A stretch of DNA of 64,000 bases from Eledone cirrhosa (Eukaryota): assembly GCA_964016885.1 (NCBI GenBank), contig OZ024748.1, positions 17,546,001-17,610,000 on the forward strand, read 5' to 3'. The notes beneath the pieces were generated by a model, which was not told the DNA's origin, searched no databases, and saw nothing but the letters and a program-made list of their open reading frames with translations. The translations under genes were made by a program, and so were the position numbers. Positions within the stretch are counted from its first letter, which is position 1; each line of letters starts with the position of its first letter. This document shows, one piece after another, positions 1-14,880 of the stretch.

Positions 1-250
1 TGCCTTTGCTCACTATAAAAGCTTCACGGCACAGGCATTGCTTTATATCTGGAGATCTCTCTGCACTTGTCGTCACATGGTACCATGGGCCCAGCACTAT
101 GTGTCAATAATTGTCACAAGTGTAGTGTTTGTACCAGAGTTTTCAAGTCGCTGGCTGGACTAAAAAGTGACACTCGTTCATTGCATCGGTAAGGGTTCTC
201 CTACATGGATATAAAGTAGTGGCCGTACTCGAAAAGAGTTGGCAGCCACC
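1..250 (+). mobile_element. 3' part of a short non-autonomous RTE-like retroposon (same family as 38083-38675)
   Basis: Near-identical to the reverse complement of ~38083-38333. Frame from 112 reads [26 protein letters not shown], a decayed C2H2 finger like RTE ORF C-termini. Ends in a (TA)n array. Confidence 0.65.
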
Positions 251-2016
<1,766 letters not shown>

Positions 2017-2780
2017 TAGTCTTACTTAACAGTTTAATTTACTCCATGTAACCTCAAGGTTAATTGCATTTCTTCAATTCTAAATTACATTCCTTGTCAT
2101 TACATTTTATTTGATTTTGTCTTATTTCATGTTTATTTGGATTTCAAATTATTTCTATTTTCATTTTTTTATATATATTTTTTTATTTTTTAGTATTTTT
2201 CTTATATTATTCTTACAGTCTGTATATTTTTTCTTTTAAGTATGTATATGCATTGTATATTTTTTTTTATATTTATATATATTGTCTATTTTTTTCTTTT
2301 AAATATATATATTATATTTTTTTTTTAAATATTTATATGTATATATTGTATATTTTTTTAGAATATTTATATATATTGTATATATTTATTTTTTTTAAAT
2401 ATTTATATATATATTTTTTTTCTTTTTAATAGTTATATATATTGTATTTTTTTTCTTTTAAATATTTATATATACTATATAGTTTTTCTAAGTGTGAAAA
2501 AATAACTGATAAAAAAAAACTACAAAAAAAATGAAATTAGAAATGGTTAATTGTTAATTGTTTTATATACTAAAGAGAAAATGGAAGAGAAATAATATAA
2601 ATGAAAAAAATGAAAGTAAATTAAAATTGAAATTAAAAACACATGTAAAACTTATTAAAGTTTAGATTACTCTGCTAGGAAATAGTATGATAACGAGGAG
2701 ACTATTTACACACTCATTATCACATTTATTATATTGTCTTGTGCATTAATTATACATACATATACCCGTGTGTATATATA

Positions 2781-2830
<50 letters not shown>

Positions 2831-3271
2831 GCAGACGTAAAATGAAATGTAAATGAATGTGTTTGTTTTGTGAGGTTTTTGATATGAAATCGTGTGTCGA
2901 AATAAATATTGTTCTACTTGGGGAGGGTCATATTGTTGTAATAATATTGCCAGAATTAATAACAGAATGCACTCACTTTTTGGTTTGTTTTAGCTTCTGT
3001 ATCTTTTATATCAGTTAATTCATTCGGTTCTCAATGTTTTCCATTGACTGACCAGCGGTCAAAAATACAGATATAATATAGATATAAACACATATATGTA
3101 GATAAATCTACCAAAATATACGGTATGAAGAACTCAATGTAATCCAAATATCATGAAAAGAGAAGATGCATTCAAAAAGTTTTCGATGAAAATCCCAGGA
3201 AAACAGAGTCAAGATAAATTAATAAAAACAATGAATAAAAACAAAGAACAAGTTCCTTATATTAAAAAATT

Positions 3272-3405
3272 TATCTTTTTACGGTCGTTTCTAGGATATA
3301 TATGTGTGTTTGGTATGTATATCATATAGATCTATGTAAAAATTTTACAAACTATCAGAGGAAATATACATACCTTCACATATATATGCTGTCTTCAGAA
3401 ATAAT
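3272..3405 (-). ncRNA. Type I hammerhead ribozyme motif, long stem II (slightly degenerate)
   Basis: Minus strand: attattt CUGAAGA [~100-nt stem II] GAAA cgaccg UA aaaagat. Distal stem I is interrupted by a SINE insertion. Confidence 0.6.
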
Positions 3406-3676
3406 TGTTTCTACTTTAGGCACAAGACCAGCAATTACCCAGTACATTACTGGTACTTTATTTTATCGACCCCGTAAGGATGAAAGGCAAAGTTAACCTC
3501 GGCGAGATTTGAACTCAGACTGTAAAGGGACGTAATTATGCTAGAAAGCATGGTGTCTGACGCTCTACCGTTTCTGCCAATCTACCACAGAAATAATTGT
3601 TTCTACTTTTGGCACAAGGCCATCAATTATCCAGTACATTACTGGTACTTTATTTTATCGACCCCGTAATCTACCA
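3406..3676 (-). mobile_element. tRNA-derived SINE family A, full copy plus partial tandem duplicate
   Basis: B-box GAGTTCAAATC on the minus strand; body tcatccttacggggtcgataaaataaagtaccagt; target-site duplication (TSD) cagaaataat at 3396-3405, 3588-3597 and 3677-3686. Confidence 0.85.
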
Positions 3677-4548
3677 CAGAAATAATGATATTTGTTTATT
3701 GAAAAAAAACAACAAAGATTTAATATAATAGGTCTGTTTGGGAACAGGTTTTGAATTGACCAATAGAAAAGTAGTAAGAGGTCAAGTTGATAGAATAGTA
3801 GTAGTCGAAATTTAATTTAGGGGTAGAGGAATGCAGACTTAAGTTTTGAATGGAAAGAATATTTTGAATGAAAAGAATACTTTGGGGATGAAAAGAGGTC
3901 AAGCCGGTGAAGGGTACATGAAAATTTGATGCTATTAAAGAGTAATGTTCTGAAGCAGGATAAAATTTTAGGGTAAAGGTGTTAGTGAAAAAATACCAAT
4001 CTTATTTAAAACACAAGGAATTTAGATCTATAACAAGAAAATAAAATTAATTGATAGGTATAGTTATAGGGATAAATTTATATTAATTCATATGGATGTG
4101 ATAAATAAGAATTAGATGTTATTAAAGAATGTTGTTAAAAATGAAGGAAAATAAAATTTTGGGATAAATGTCGTAGTGAGAAATACCAATCTTATATAGA
4201 CTACAAGGAATCTAGATTCATAACAGGAAATTAAATTAATTTATATATATACTTTTAGGTATTAATTTTAGGAAAAGAGAACTGTAATAGGGAAATAAAA
4301 TTATGAAGTTCTCTGTAGTAAAGTACTAATTATAGGTTAACTAAATAAAAAAAATAATTATAATAATATGTAAAATATAAGTGTAAGGTGTATATTAATT
4401 AGGTTTATAATATTTGAAAGTTCTTCTTTTATGATTGCAAGATATAATTAATTCTTGTCGCTTATTTAATAGGATATCCTTAGATTTCATTATTTCAAAA
4501 AGTTCCTATTATATTAAATCTTTGTTGGTTTTTTTCAATAAACAAATA

Positions 4549-4684
4549 TCATTATTTCTGAAGACAGCATATATATGTGAAGGTATGTATATTTCCTCTG
4601 ATAGTTTGTAAAATTTTTACATAGATCTATATGATATTCATACCAACACACATATATATCCTAGAAACGATCGTAAAATGATGA
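4549..4684 (+). ncRNA. Type I hammerhead ribozyme motif with ~100-nt stem II
   Basis: Stem I tcattattt (4549-57)/aaatgatga (4676-84); CUGAAGA 4558-64; stem II 4565-4663 (atatatatgtg/cacatatatat, ggtatg/catacc; C-A mismatch at the base); GAAA 4664-67; palindromic stem III cgatcg; UA site at 4674-75. Confidence 0.75.
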
Positions 4685-4959
4685 ATTTTTTCATATAAGC
4701 AACTTGTTCTTTGTTTTTATTCATTCTTTTTATTAATTTATAAACACATATATATAGTCTAACAAAGTTATTTCGTTGTACATCTGCAACATCGTCTGTG
4801 GTGCTATTATGTTCCCCCTGTTGTATTTACGTCATCTTTATTTAATCTGTTTATTTTTTATTTTTATTTTTTTCACTGTGCATGCGTGTGTTTGGTGTGT
4901 GTTGGCGTTTGGGTGACTGTGTTTTGGTTATTGTATTCTATCTTAGTTTACTAAAATTA

Positions 4960-4969
4960 TATATGTATG

Positions 4970-5001
<32 letters not shown>

Positions 5002-5005
5002 CATA

Positions 5006-5048
<43 letters not shown>

Positions 5049-5736
5049 GTATGTACATATATATATGTATGTATGTACATATATATGTATATATATATGT
5101 ATGTATGTACATATATATGTATATATATATGTATGTATGTACATATATATGTATATATATATATATGCATGTATGTACATATATGTGTATATATATATAT
5201 ATATATGCATGTATGTACATATATATGTATATATATATATATGTATATATATATATGCATATATGTGTATATATATATATGTATATATATATATTGCTGT
5301 AGTGGAGTCTGTGCTGCCGTACGGGTCTGAGACTTGGACACTGACCAAGAAACTCACTCAGATGGTGGATGGGTGCTACACGAGAATGCTGAGGATGGCT
5401 CTGTATACACTGAGGATGAAAAACTCAGAGCTGTATGGAAGCCTCCCAAATGTCAGCTCAAAAGTGACACAGAGGAGACTGAGGTTAGCTGGACATGCTC
5501 ACCGACATTCAGAGTTGACACTGCACTCAGTGCTCCTGTGGGAGCCCCTACATGGACACCAAGGTTAATGTATGTTGATGCCCTAAGGACAGACACTGGT
5601 CTGTTGGAGACGCAGTACATGGCAGCGATAATGAGGGACAGAGACCGCTGGAGAGAACTCGTCCATGGATCTCGGGAATTTTACCCGCCCTAGATAGATA
5701 TGTATATATATATGTATATATATGTGTATATATATG

Positions 5737-5767
<31 letters not shown>

Positions 5768-6082
5768 GTATATATATATGTATATATATGTATATATATA
5801 TGTATATATACATGTATATATATGTATATATATATGTATATATACATGTATATATATGTATATATATATGTATATATATGTATATATATATGTATATATA
5901 TACATGTATATATATATATGTATATATATGTATATATATATGTATATATATGTATATATATGTATATATATATGTATATATATATGTACATATATGTATA
6001 TATATATATGTATATATGTGTATATATATATGTATATATATATGTATATATATATGCATATATATATGTATATATATATGTG
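4960..6082. repeat. (TA)n/(TATG)n microsatellite hosting LINE insertions
   Basis: Direct reading; interrupted by the LINE fragment at 5294-5701. Confidence 0.9.
5294..5701 (+). mobile_element. 3' fragment of RTE/RTEX-type LINE
   Basis: [19 protein letters not shown]...[12 protein letters not shown]...[11 protein letters not shown], typical RTE-group C-terminus; (TAGA)n tail; second copy at 40286-40581. Confidence 0.85.
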
Positions 6083-7419
6083 ATTAGATGAGATGTAGTT
6101 TGGTTTTGTGCCTCGGAAAAGTACAACAGATGCCCTCTTCTTAATGAGGTAACTACAAGAGAGGTTCTTAGAGAAGAATAAGCCACTATACTTAGCTTTT
6201 GTTGACCTAAAGAAGGCCTTTGATAGGGTACCCCAATCTGTCATCTGGTGGTCCCTAAGGAAACTAGGTGTAGAGGAATGGCTTGTGAGGACAGTGCAAG
6301 CTATGTAAAGGGGTGCTGTCAGTAAAGTCAGAGTAGGAATAGAGTTTAGTGAGGAATTCAAGATACAAGTAGGAGTACATCAGGGTTCGGTCCTCAGCCC
6401 GCTCTTGTTCATGATAATCCTCCAAGCCATAACAGAGGAGTTTAAGACTGGATACCCATGGGAACTCCTCTATGCTGATGATCTGGATCTTATAGCAGAA
6501 TTAGTAGAGGAGCTAGAGAATAAATTCTGGCTATGGAAACAGCAGTTGGAATCAAGAGGACTGAGAGTGAACATAGCTAAGACAAAAGTGTTGATGAGTA
6601 GAAGAGAGGACAATACTCTGATTCCATCATGTTCGATATGTAGGAAAGCAACTGGCATAAATTCCATAAAATGTACGCAATGCAGAAGAGATGTAGTGGG
6701 ATAGCAGGCAAACTAACAGGTAGGGAAAACTACGTATTCAGTAGATGTACAAGGAAAGTTGGCAGTAGTAATCGCAGTAATAGAGACATTTTCCCAATGC
6801 AGGTGGTTTCTATAGAAGTGGTGGATAGCTTCCGGTACGTAGGTGATCCGAGGCCATAGTATCTAGAATAAGGACAGGTTGGAAGAAGTTTAGGGAGCTG
6901 TTTCCTCTGTTGACAAAGAAGTGTTTCTCCCTGCATACGAAAGGACAGTTATATGATGCCTGTGTGAGACGTGTGATGCTGCAGGGTAGTGAAACATGGG
7001 CAGCAACTGCAGAGGATATGCGACGGCTGGATAAAAATGAAGCAAGCATGCTCCGTTGGATGTGCAATGTCAACGTGCGTGAATGACCAAGCATAGACGA
7101 GTTTAGAAAGAAACTGGGTATAAGAGGGATAAGTTGTGGTGTGCAGGAGAAAAGACTGAGATGGTATGGACATGTGATGCGCATGGAGGATGACCGATGG
7201 GAAAAGAAGTGCCAAGAAATCCCAGTAGAAGGAAGACGCAGTAGAGGTAGGTCACGAAAAACATGGGCGGAGGTGGTGAGAGCAGACTTCAGATCGGTGA
7301 AACTCCTGGAGGAGATGACGAAGGACCGTGACAAGTGGAGAGATGCTGTGCTGAAATAAGACCCGTCCAACTCTTGCAAGCAGGGAAAAGCGGACATAAA
7401 ATGAAGATGATGATGATGA
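6083..7419 (+). pseudogene. 5'-truncated RTE-clade LINE, reverse transcriptase pseudogene
   Basis: [46 protein letters not shown], Cys-rich insert CSICRK..CTQC, RLRWYGHV, GRSRKTW; several stops and frameshifts; 3' tail cttgcaagcagggaaaagcggacataaa(atg)n. Confidence 0.93.
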
Positions 7420-7431
7420 TATATATTTATC

Positions 7432-7603
7432 CTCCCAGACCACACTGTAAACGTGGTTGGTGCTAAGAAGGGCATCCAGCCGTAGAAAACCCACCAGGCA
7501 GTCCTATGCGAGCAAGACAATCACTCTTGCCTCAAGTGGGAAAACTCCCGTCCACACCCATGCAAGCGTGGAAGATGGACATTAAACGATGATGATGATG
7601 ATG
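7432..7603 (+). mobile_element. 3' part of SINE family B-related element
   Basis: cactgtaaacgtggttggtgctaagaagggcatccagc core and (GAT)n tail; matches 45600-45780. Confidence 0.7.
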
Positions 7604-7667
7604 TATATATATATATACGTATATATACATATATATATACATACATATATATATATATTCATACACA

Positions 7668-7728
<61 letters not shown>

Positions 7729-7794
7729 ATGTGTATTCACTGTGTGTTTGTGTGTGGATGTTTAATATCCAATTTCTCTCAGAAATTCCTGAGA

Positions 7795-7823
7795 ATAACT
7801 ATTATTGTTACAGCAACAACTAT

Positions 7824-7888
<65 letters not shown>

Positions 7889-7925
7889 ATACTAATAATA
7901 ATAATTATTATAATAATAACACTAA
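7795..7925. repeat. (ACT)n/(AAT)n trinucleotide repeat
   Basis: Direct reading. Confidence 0.9.
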
Positions 7926-8428
7926 CAGTTATAGAAGTAGTATCAACCACACCATCACCACAACTGCCCCCCCCCCTCCTCAAGTTCTCATTATTGACAT
8001 TTCTCTTGATAGTTTCATTTAAAATTTCTCCAGGAGTCTAGTCTTGGTGTTGATGTTGGTCTTTTTGTCAGTATATGCCTCTGGTCATTTGTATAAAGAC
8101 ATAGTTTTACTACATATATCACTAGAGTAAAGTATTAGTATTGTAGAACCAAGGGTGGTTTTAATTGGTTTCATATCAAAAGAGTTAACTGTAAATATGT
8201 AACAATTTAGCAGAAGAAATCTAAAAATTGTTTTGTCAATACAAATGTTGATAGCAACTTTATTAGTAGACAGATCGTTGTAAAAAGTATTGTCAAAAAA
8301 GCAGTGTCAAATTCCTTCTTTTATTTTTCTGCTGTGTTTAAACCTAGAGTATGATGGACTCTCCTACAACTTCATCAAGAGCAATAGATAGAATACCAAT
8401 GCTATCTCTTGAAATGGGAGCAATATTA

Positions 8429-8631
8429 TTAACCCCTTAACATTTACATTACTCTATATTTACTATTGTATTTTCATGTATTTTCATAATATCGAATCTG
8501 GGATTTTGATATTAATCATTTTGAGAACAATACCTTAACATTAATATGAGTGGTCAGTTACAGCTGGTTTGAATAGAAAGAGGTGACAGAATTCTGGCTG
8601 GATATGGCCGGTTTAAATGCCAAAGGGTTAA
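8429..8631. mobile_element. piggyBac-like MITE
   Basis: TTAA-CCC(C/T)T..catttac left end and gtttaaatgccaaaggg-TTAA right end; related copies at 62410-62642 and partially ~54800-54895. Confidence 0.6.
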
Positions 8632-9139
8632 ACTGTGCATTTTTGGTGTTGGTGATGGCACCAGTGATTCTATTGATGTCTCACTGCTGTGATAACTACC
8701 AATGTTATTTTTCCAATTCAAGAAATCGTTTAAATATAAGTTTCAAAGCAAAGACAATGGAGAGGAATTCCAGCTAGATCTTATCAACAAAATCTCCATA
8801 CAATTTAAATACACAGTATGTCTGTGATATCTGAATTGCTAAATGTCAGCAGAAGTGCACCCAGGGGTCATTACCTAGATGTAGCCTGGCCCCTTAGATG
8901 TAATAAATTAAGATCCGAAACACACGCAGGAGGATAGTCACGTCCCTGGAGGCCATCAGCTGTCCAGCTCGCCTGGGAATTCCTTACAAATTGTTAACCT
9001 TTTTGCTATAAAGGCACTGGGAACCATTCTTGGTTCTATGATTCAAAGCTGCTTATTTTTAGGTTTTTATGTTAATCTAAAACCCTTCCATCATAAATGT
9101 TTGTAAGAACCTTCATTTGGTTATGCTCCAAACTTTAGT

Positions 9140-9706
9140 ATGTAAGTATACATTCCCCGTACATGTATTCCCCGTACATACATTCCCCGTACATGTATTC
9201 ACCGTACATGTATTCCCCGTACATGTATTCCCTGTACATGTATTCCCTGTACATGTATTCCCCGTACATGTATTCCCTGTACATGTATTCCCCGTACATG
9301 TATTCCCTGTACATGTATTCACCGTACATGTATTCCCCGTATATGTATTCCCCGTACATACATTCCCCGTACATGTATTCCCTGTACATGTATTCCCCGT
9401 ACATGTATTCCCCATATATGTATTCCCTGTACATGTATTCCCCGTACATGTATTCCCCGTACATGTATTCCCCATACATGTATTCCCCGTACATGTATTC
9501 CCCGTATATGTATTCCCCATACATGTATTCCCTGTACATGTATTCCCCGTACATGTATTCCCTGTACATGTATTCACCATACATGTATTCACCGTACATG
9601 TATTCCCCGTATATGTATTCCCCGTATATGTATTCCCCGTACATGTATTCCCTGTACATGTATTCACCATACATGTATTCCCCGTACATGTATTCCCCAT
9701 ACATGC
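9140..9706. repeat. 15-bp minisatellite (tacatgtattccccg)n, ~37 copies
   Basis: Direct reading; each unit contains the palindrome TACATGTA. Confidence 0.97.
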
Positions 9707-9829
9707 ATACTTTACAACACAGTCAGGTGATCATGTGTTTTAATACAGATTTTACTATCAAAATAGAACAAGCGACATATTTTATATTTTAACCAATAAA
9801 AATATTTCATTTGTTGACATTAGACTTAT

Positions 9830-10413
9830 TTATATATATATATATGTGTGTGTGTGTATGTATATTTACATGTAAATATATTTGTATATATATATATGTA
9901 TATGGATATCTATATATATTTATGTATGTATATATAATATATATATATATAGGTATGTATGTATATATATATATATATATATACATATATATATACATAT
10001 ATATATATGTATATTTATATACATATATATATACATATATATATGTACATTTATATACATATATATATGTGTACATTTACATATATATATATGTGTACAT
10101 TTATATATATATATATGTGTGTACATGTATATACATATATATATATATATGTACATTTATATACATATATATATATATATATGCGTACATTTATATACAT
10201 ATATATATATGTGTGTACATTTATATACATATATATATATATGTGCACATTTATATACATATATATATATATATGTGTACATTTATATACATATATATAT
10301 ATATATATATATGTGTGTACATTTATATACATATATATATGTGTACATTTATATACATATATATATATATATGTGTACATTTATATACATATATATATAT
10401 ATATGTGTACATT

Positions 10414-10444
<31 letters not shown>

Positions 10445-10453
10445 GTGTACATT

Positions 10454-10495
<42 letters not shown>

Positions 10496-10638
10496 CTCAC
10501 ACACGCATATATATATATATATATATGTATACATGTTTGCATGTAAATCAATGCCAATAGAAACATTTACAAGTGTGTCTTCAAACAGTGAAATGTTTGA
10601 ACTAAGTATACACAACATATACAGTGTGTTTGTGTATA

Positions 10639-10669
<31 letters not shown>

Positions 10670-10860
10670 GTATATATATATATACATATATATATATACA
10701 TATATATATATATACACACATATATATATATGCATGTTTGTGTTTGTGGGTAGTAAACATTGATGCATACCTACATACATGCATTTGTATTTCTGTCTGT
10801 GTGGAAATATATATACATACATACATACATACATATTCATAAACATATAAAACACATACT
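9830..10860. repeat. (TA)n-based compound repeat with recurring gtgtacatttatatac unit
   Basis: Direct reading. Confidence 0.9.
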
Positions 10861-11379
10861 CACACCTACACATCTACAGATACATACACTTATTCATCTA
10901 AACACACACCTAGACGCATACGGAAAGGTGTATTACACACTAGACATACATTACATGCTAACGTTTGCATGTATCGTCAATTCTATTGCTGTGAATTTTA
11001 AGGTTTGTCTTCTGTTCAAACGACCAAAATTATTCTCCTTTGCTTGCCTCAAAGAACGCAGAAACATATGTAAACAAGAATGGAATCAATAAACACACAA
11101 AGAAACACATCAAACATTCTTCTAAAGATCTTGTAAATATTCTGGTTTTGATTGTTTTGTGTGGGAGTAGGTTGTTGGGTCTTTGGCTTGTTGTTGGGTC
11201 TTTGGCATGTTGTTTTTTGTTGTGTTTTTGTTATGTTTTTGTTGTTATGTTTTGGCAGTCTATTTTCTGTTCTTTTATTTTATTTTATTTTATTTTATTT
11301 TATTTTACAATCCTTCTTACTCCTATAGCTTTCATTCTTCTATGTATGTAATATTACTGTTGGCTCATTTTTTTTCCTT

Positions 11380-12190
11380 GTTGTTAATACTGTTGTTGTT
11401 GTTGTTGCTGTTGGCTGTTGTTGGTGCTCTTGTTGTTGCTGCTGCTCTTGTTGTTGGCTGTTGTTGTTGCTGTTGATGTTATTACTCTTGTCTTTGTTGT
11501 TAGTGTTAATGTTATTACTGTTAATGTTATTACTGTTGCTGTTGATGTTAGTACTGTTGGCTCATGTTTTTATTGTTACTGTTGTTGTTGTGACTGTTGC
11601 TGTTGATGTTATTACTGTTGTTGTTGTGACTGTTTTTGTTGTTACTGTTGTTTTTGTTGCTGTTGATGTTATTACTGTTGATGTTATTATTGTTGATGTT
11701 ATTACTGTTGTTGTTGTCACTGTTGTTGTTGTCACTGTTGTTGTTGTTACTGTTGTTGCTGTTGTTGTTATTGCTGTTGATGTTATTATTGTTGATGTTA
11801 TTACTGTTAATGTTATTATTGTTGATGTTATTACTGTTGTTGTTGTCACTGTTGTTGTTGTTACTGTTGTTGTTGTTGTTGTTACTGTTGTTGTTGTTGT
11901 TACAGTTGTTGTTGTTGATGTTATTACTGTTGATGTTATTACTGTTGATGTTATTACTGTTGATGTTATTATTGTTGTTGTTATTACTGTTGTTGTTGTT
12001 GTTACTGTTGTTGTTACTGTTGTTGTTATTACTGTTGTTGTTCTTACTGTTGTTGTTGTTACTGTTGTTGTTGTTGTTACTGTTGTTCTTACTGTTGTTT
12101 TTACTCTTGTTGTTGATGTTATTACTTTTGGCTCATGTCTTTATTGTTACTCTTGTTGTTGTGGTTGTTGTTGCTGTTGTTGTTATTGTA
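11380..12190. repeat. (GTT)n-derived repeat with gatgttattactgtt higher unit
   Basis: Direct reading. Confidence 0.92.
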
Positions 12191-12241
12191 TCGTTAAGGG
12201 TGCTTTAACTATATGTAAGGATATGTAAGCATGTGTGTATG

Positions 12242-12273
<32 letters not shown>

Positions 12274-12693
12274 GAAATGGGATTTAGCTTCAAGCATAGC
12301 TGTATATAAATATGTATAGAAATTTTGTATTTCTAAAGAAACATGGTATGTTTACAGGAAACATTTAGGAAGCCGTAGCTATGCAAATACCAGGGCTAAT
12401 GCCCTCTGGTGATGTCCAGCAGAAGCAAGGGGGACAACCGTCTATGCATTTCAGACTTGACTGGTCTTTATCAGGAATGTCCCTCCCACACCTGCAACTG
12501 CTGGACTTACTTAGGAACAGTCGAGAATATGTAGTTTTCTCGTCTGTATATGTTTGTGTGTGATAATAATAAAAATACTGAAACAAATTCATCGGATAGG
12601 ATCGAAAAAAAAATATATATATATATTTGTAGTAAGGCTGCTTGGATGCATCCATAGGCGGTATGCCAGTTGAGCACTGGTTCTTCGTTTTCC

Positions 12694-12728
<35 letters not shown>

Positions 12729-12983
12729 TCATCATCATCATCATCGTTTAACGCCCATCTTCCACGCATGCATGGGTTTGGACGGACATATATATATATA
12801 TGTGTGTGTGTTTGTGTGTTTGGGTATATATATATGTTCCAAAAAGTGGCTTAATAATGCGAAAGTTAGTTTTACTACAAAATCTGTTCAAATTCTTGAT
12901 TATTTTCAAAATAATCTGCAGATATTACAAGACACTAAAGTATGAAATTAAGATATTTAACCTTTTTCATAAGATTATATAAA

Positions 12984-13432
12984 AGGGTAAAGACCCCCTT
13001 CTGTCACGAATGACCAAGGGATTTATACCTAGAAACCCCCTTGCAAGGCACAATTCTAGGCAAAGTTGTTTGTGGAAGACCAGAAGTCACCCATGTATAC
13101 CAGTCTTCCCTCTCCATGCCACCGATGTTGTCCAAGGGAGAAGCAATGGGCAATACAGCTCGGCACCAGTGATGTCGTAACACATATACACACTGTATAG
13201 ACTATATATACACTATATACACACAATATATACACTATATATGGTGTTGTCCAAGGGAAAAGCAAAGGCCAATACAGCTTAACACTAATGATGTCTTAAC
13301 TCATTTCTACAGCTAAGTGAACTGAAAGAACGTGAAATAAAGTGTCTTGCTCAAGGACTCAACATCACTCAGTCTGAGAATCGAACTCACAACCTTCTGA
13401 TTGACAACCCAATGCTCTAACGACTAAGCCAC
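12984..13432 (-). mobile_element. tRNA-headed SINE family C
   Basis: Minus-strand head tggcttagtcgttagagc...gagttcgattc (A/B boxes); body shared with 54340-54800; tail ggtctttaccctttt. Confidence 0.75.
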
Positions 13433-14414
13433 TTACGATTATATAGAATTATACTGTTTTACTGGAGAAGGTACTTAACGTATAAATGGTATAGTTATTC
13501 TATTTATATGTTAGGTATCTTCTGTAGTAAAATCCTCATATCCAACGTAAGAATATGATATAAACTCAAAAAAAGAAACAATGCTTTGAGTGATGGAAGA
13601 TAAGATGCCAATAATGCCTTTGATATTCTTTCATTTAAAGTATTATAATAATCATTTTTTTAAATGTTAGACAGATATCTTATTAAGTTAATCTGAAATA
13701 CACTGAATGAAATAAAAGTTTTCAGATACAAATGATATGAAAAACTAATCAGACTTATTTTATATGTTGTAACATATGCTACAGTTGATAAGCAACTAGA
13801 AACTCTGCTTCATACAGTACAGGGAATTGCTAGAAGATTTTTAGTGACAGGATAAAATCATCTAATCAACCAGACGGAAGCTCAATAACCATTCTACTCA
13901 GTCATCTTTGACAATTAAGCATAAAATGTTGAGAAATGTTTAGTTAAATAATAATACTGTGATATTATATTACAAAATTTTGAAGCCTGGAAATAAGATA
14001 TTTAACCCTTTTCACAATAAGATTATATGAAATGATCCGACTTATAAATTAAGTATCTCATCTCGTATAATCTTCAAACAGGCAAGTAGAGGAATGAAAA
14101 CAAAAAGTAAATTTTAAAACATTTCTTCAAGTGACATGAGACAAGTTATCATTAATGTTTTTTTTTTTTATGATATTCTTTCATTTTAAAGAATTCAAAT
14201 TATTATTAAAAATATTAATGATAGAAAGAAATCCTATTATCTGAAACGCAAGTATTTTGAATGAAATGTTAAAACCTCTGGTCCAGTTTAATACAAATAT
14301 TTAATATCACAAGTGAAGCACTAGACAGCTAAACATGAATAAATCATTTTTTAGGGGGGAAAAAATATTAATTTACAATTAAAAATTTAAAAAATTTTAA
14401 AAATAAATGAGCAA

Positions 14415-14695
14415 TGCATCATCATCATCATCATCATCATCACTGTTATCATCATCACCATGGGGAAGATGATGATTAATTTTGAATTTTTTTAATAACA
14501 AAGCTATCATTAACATTGTTATTACTATCCTCAGCATTGTTACTGCTGCTGCTGATGTTGTTATTATCATTATTGTTATTGTTGTTGTTGTTGTTGTTCT
14601 TCTTCTTCTTCTTCTCCTTCTTCGTCTTCGTCTCCTTCTTCGTCTTCGTCTCCTTCTTCGTCTTCGTCTCCTTCTTCGTCTTCTCCTTCTTCGTC

Positions 14696-14747
<52 letters not shown>

Positions 14748-14840
14748 CATCATGAAAGGCAAAGTTATTATTATTATTATTATTATTATTATGTTCCACC
14801 CTTGCAAGCAGGGAAAAACAGACATAAAATGATGATGATG

Positions 14841-14879
<39 letters not shown>

Positions 14880-14880
14880 T
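14415..14880. repeat. Mixed trinucleotide repeats (CAT, GTT, CTT, ATT) with a short RTE/SINE-B tail at ~14795-14840
   Basis: Direct reading; cccttgcaagcagggaaaaacagacataaaatgatg. Confidence 0.85.

Larger units (their letters stand above)
3215..4742 (-). mobile_element. Truncated Penelope-like element with inverted pseudo-LTR
   Basis: Minus strand ~4505-4395 encodes ELFEIMKSKDILLNKRQELIISCNHKRRTFKYYKPN*, matching the LLNKRxELxxxCxH C-terminus of Penelope GIY-YIG endonucleases. 3215-3405 plus 3677-3731 is an inverted copy of 4505-4742. Both arms carry an HHR motif. Confidence 0.8.
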
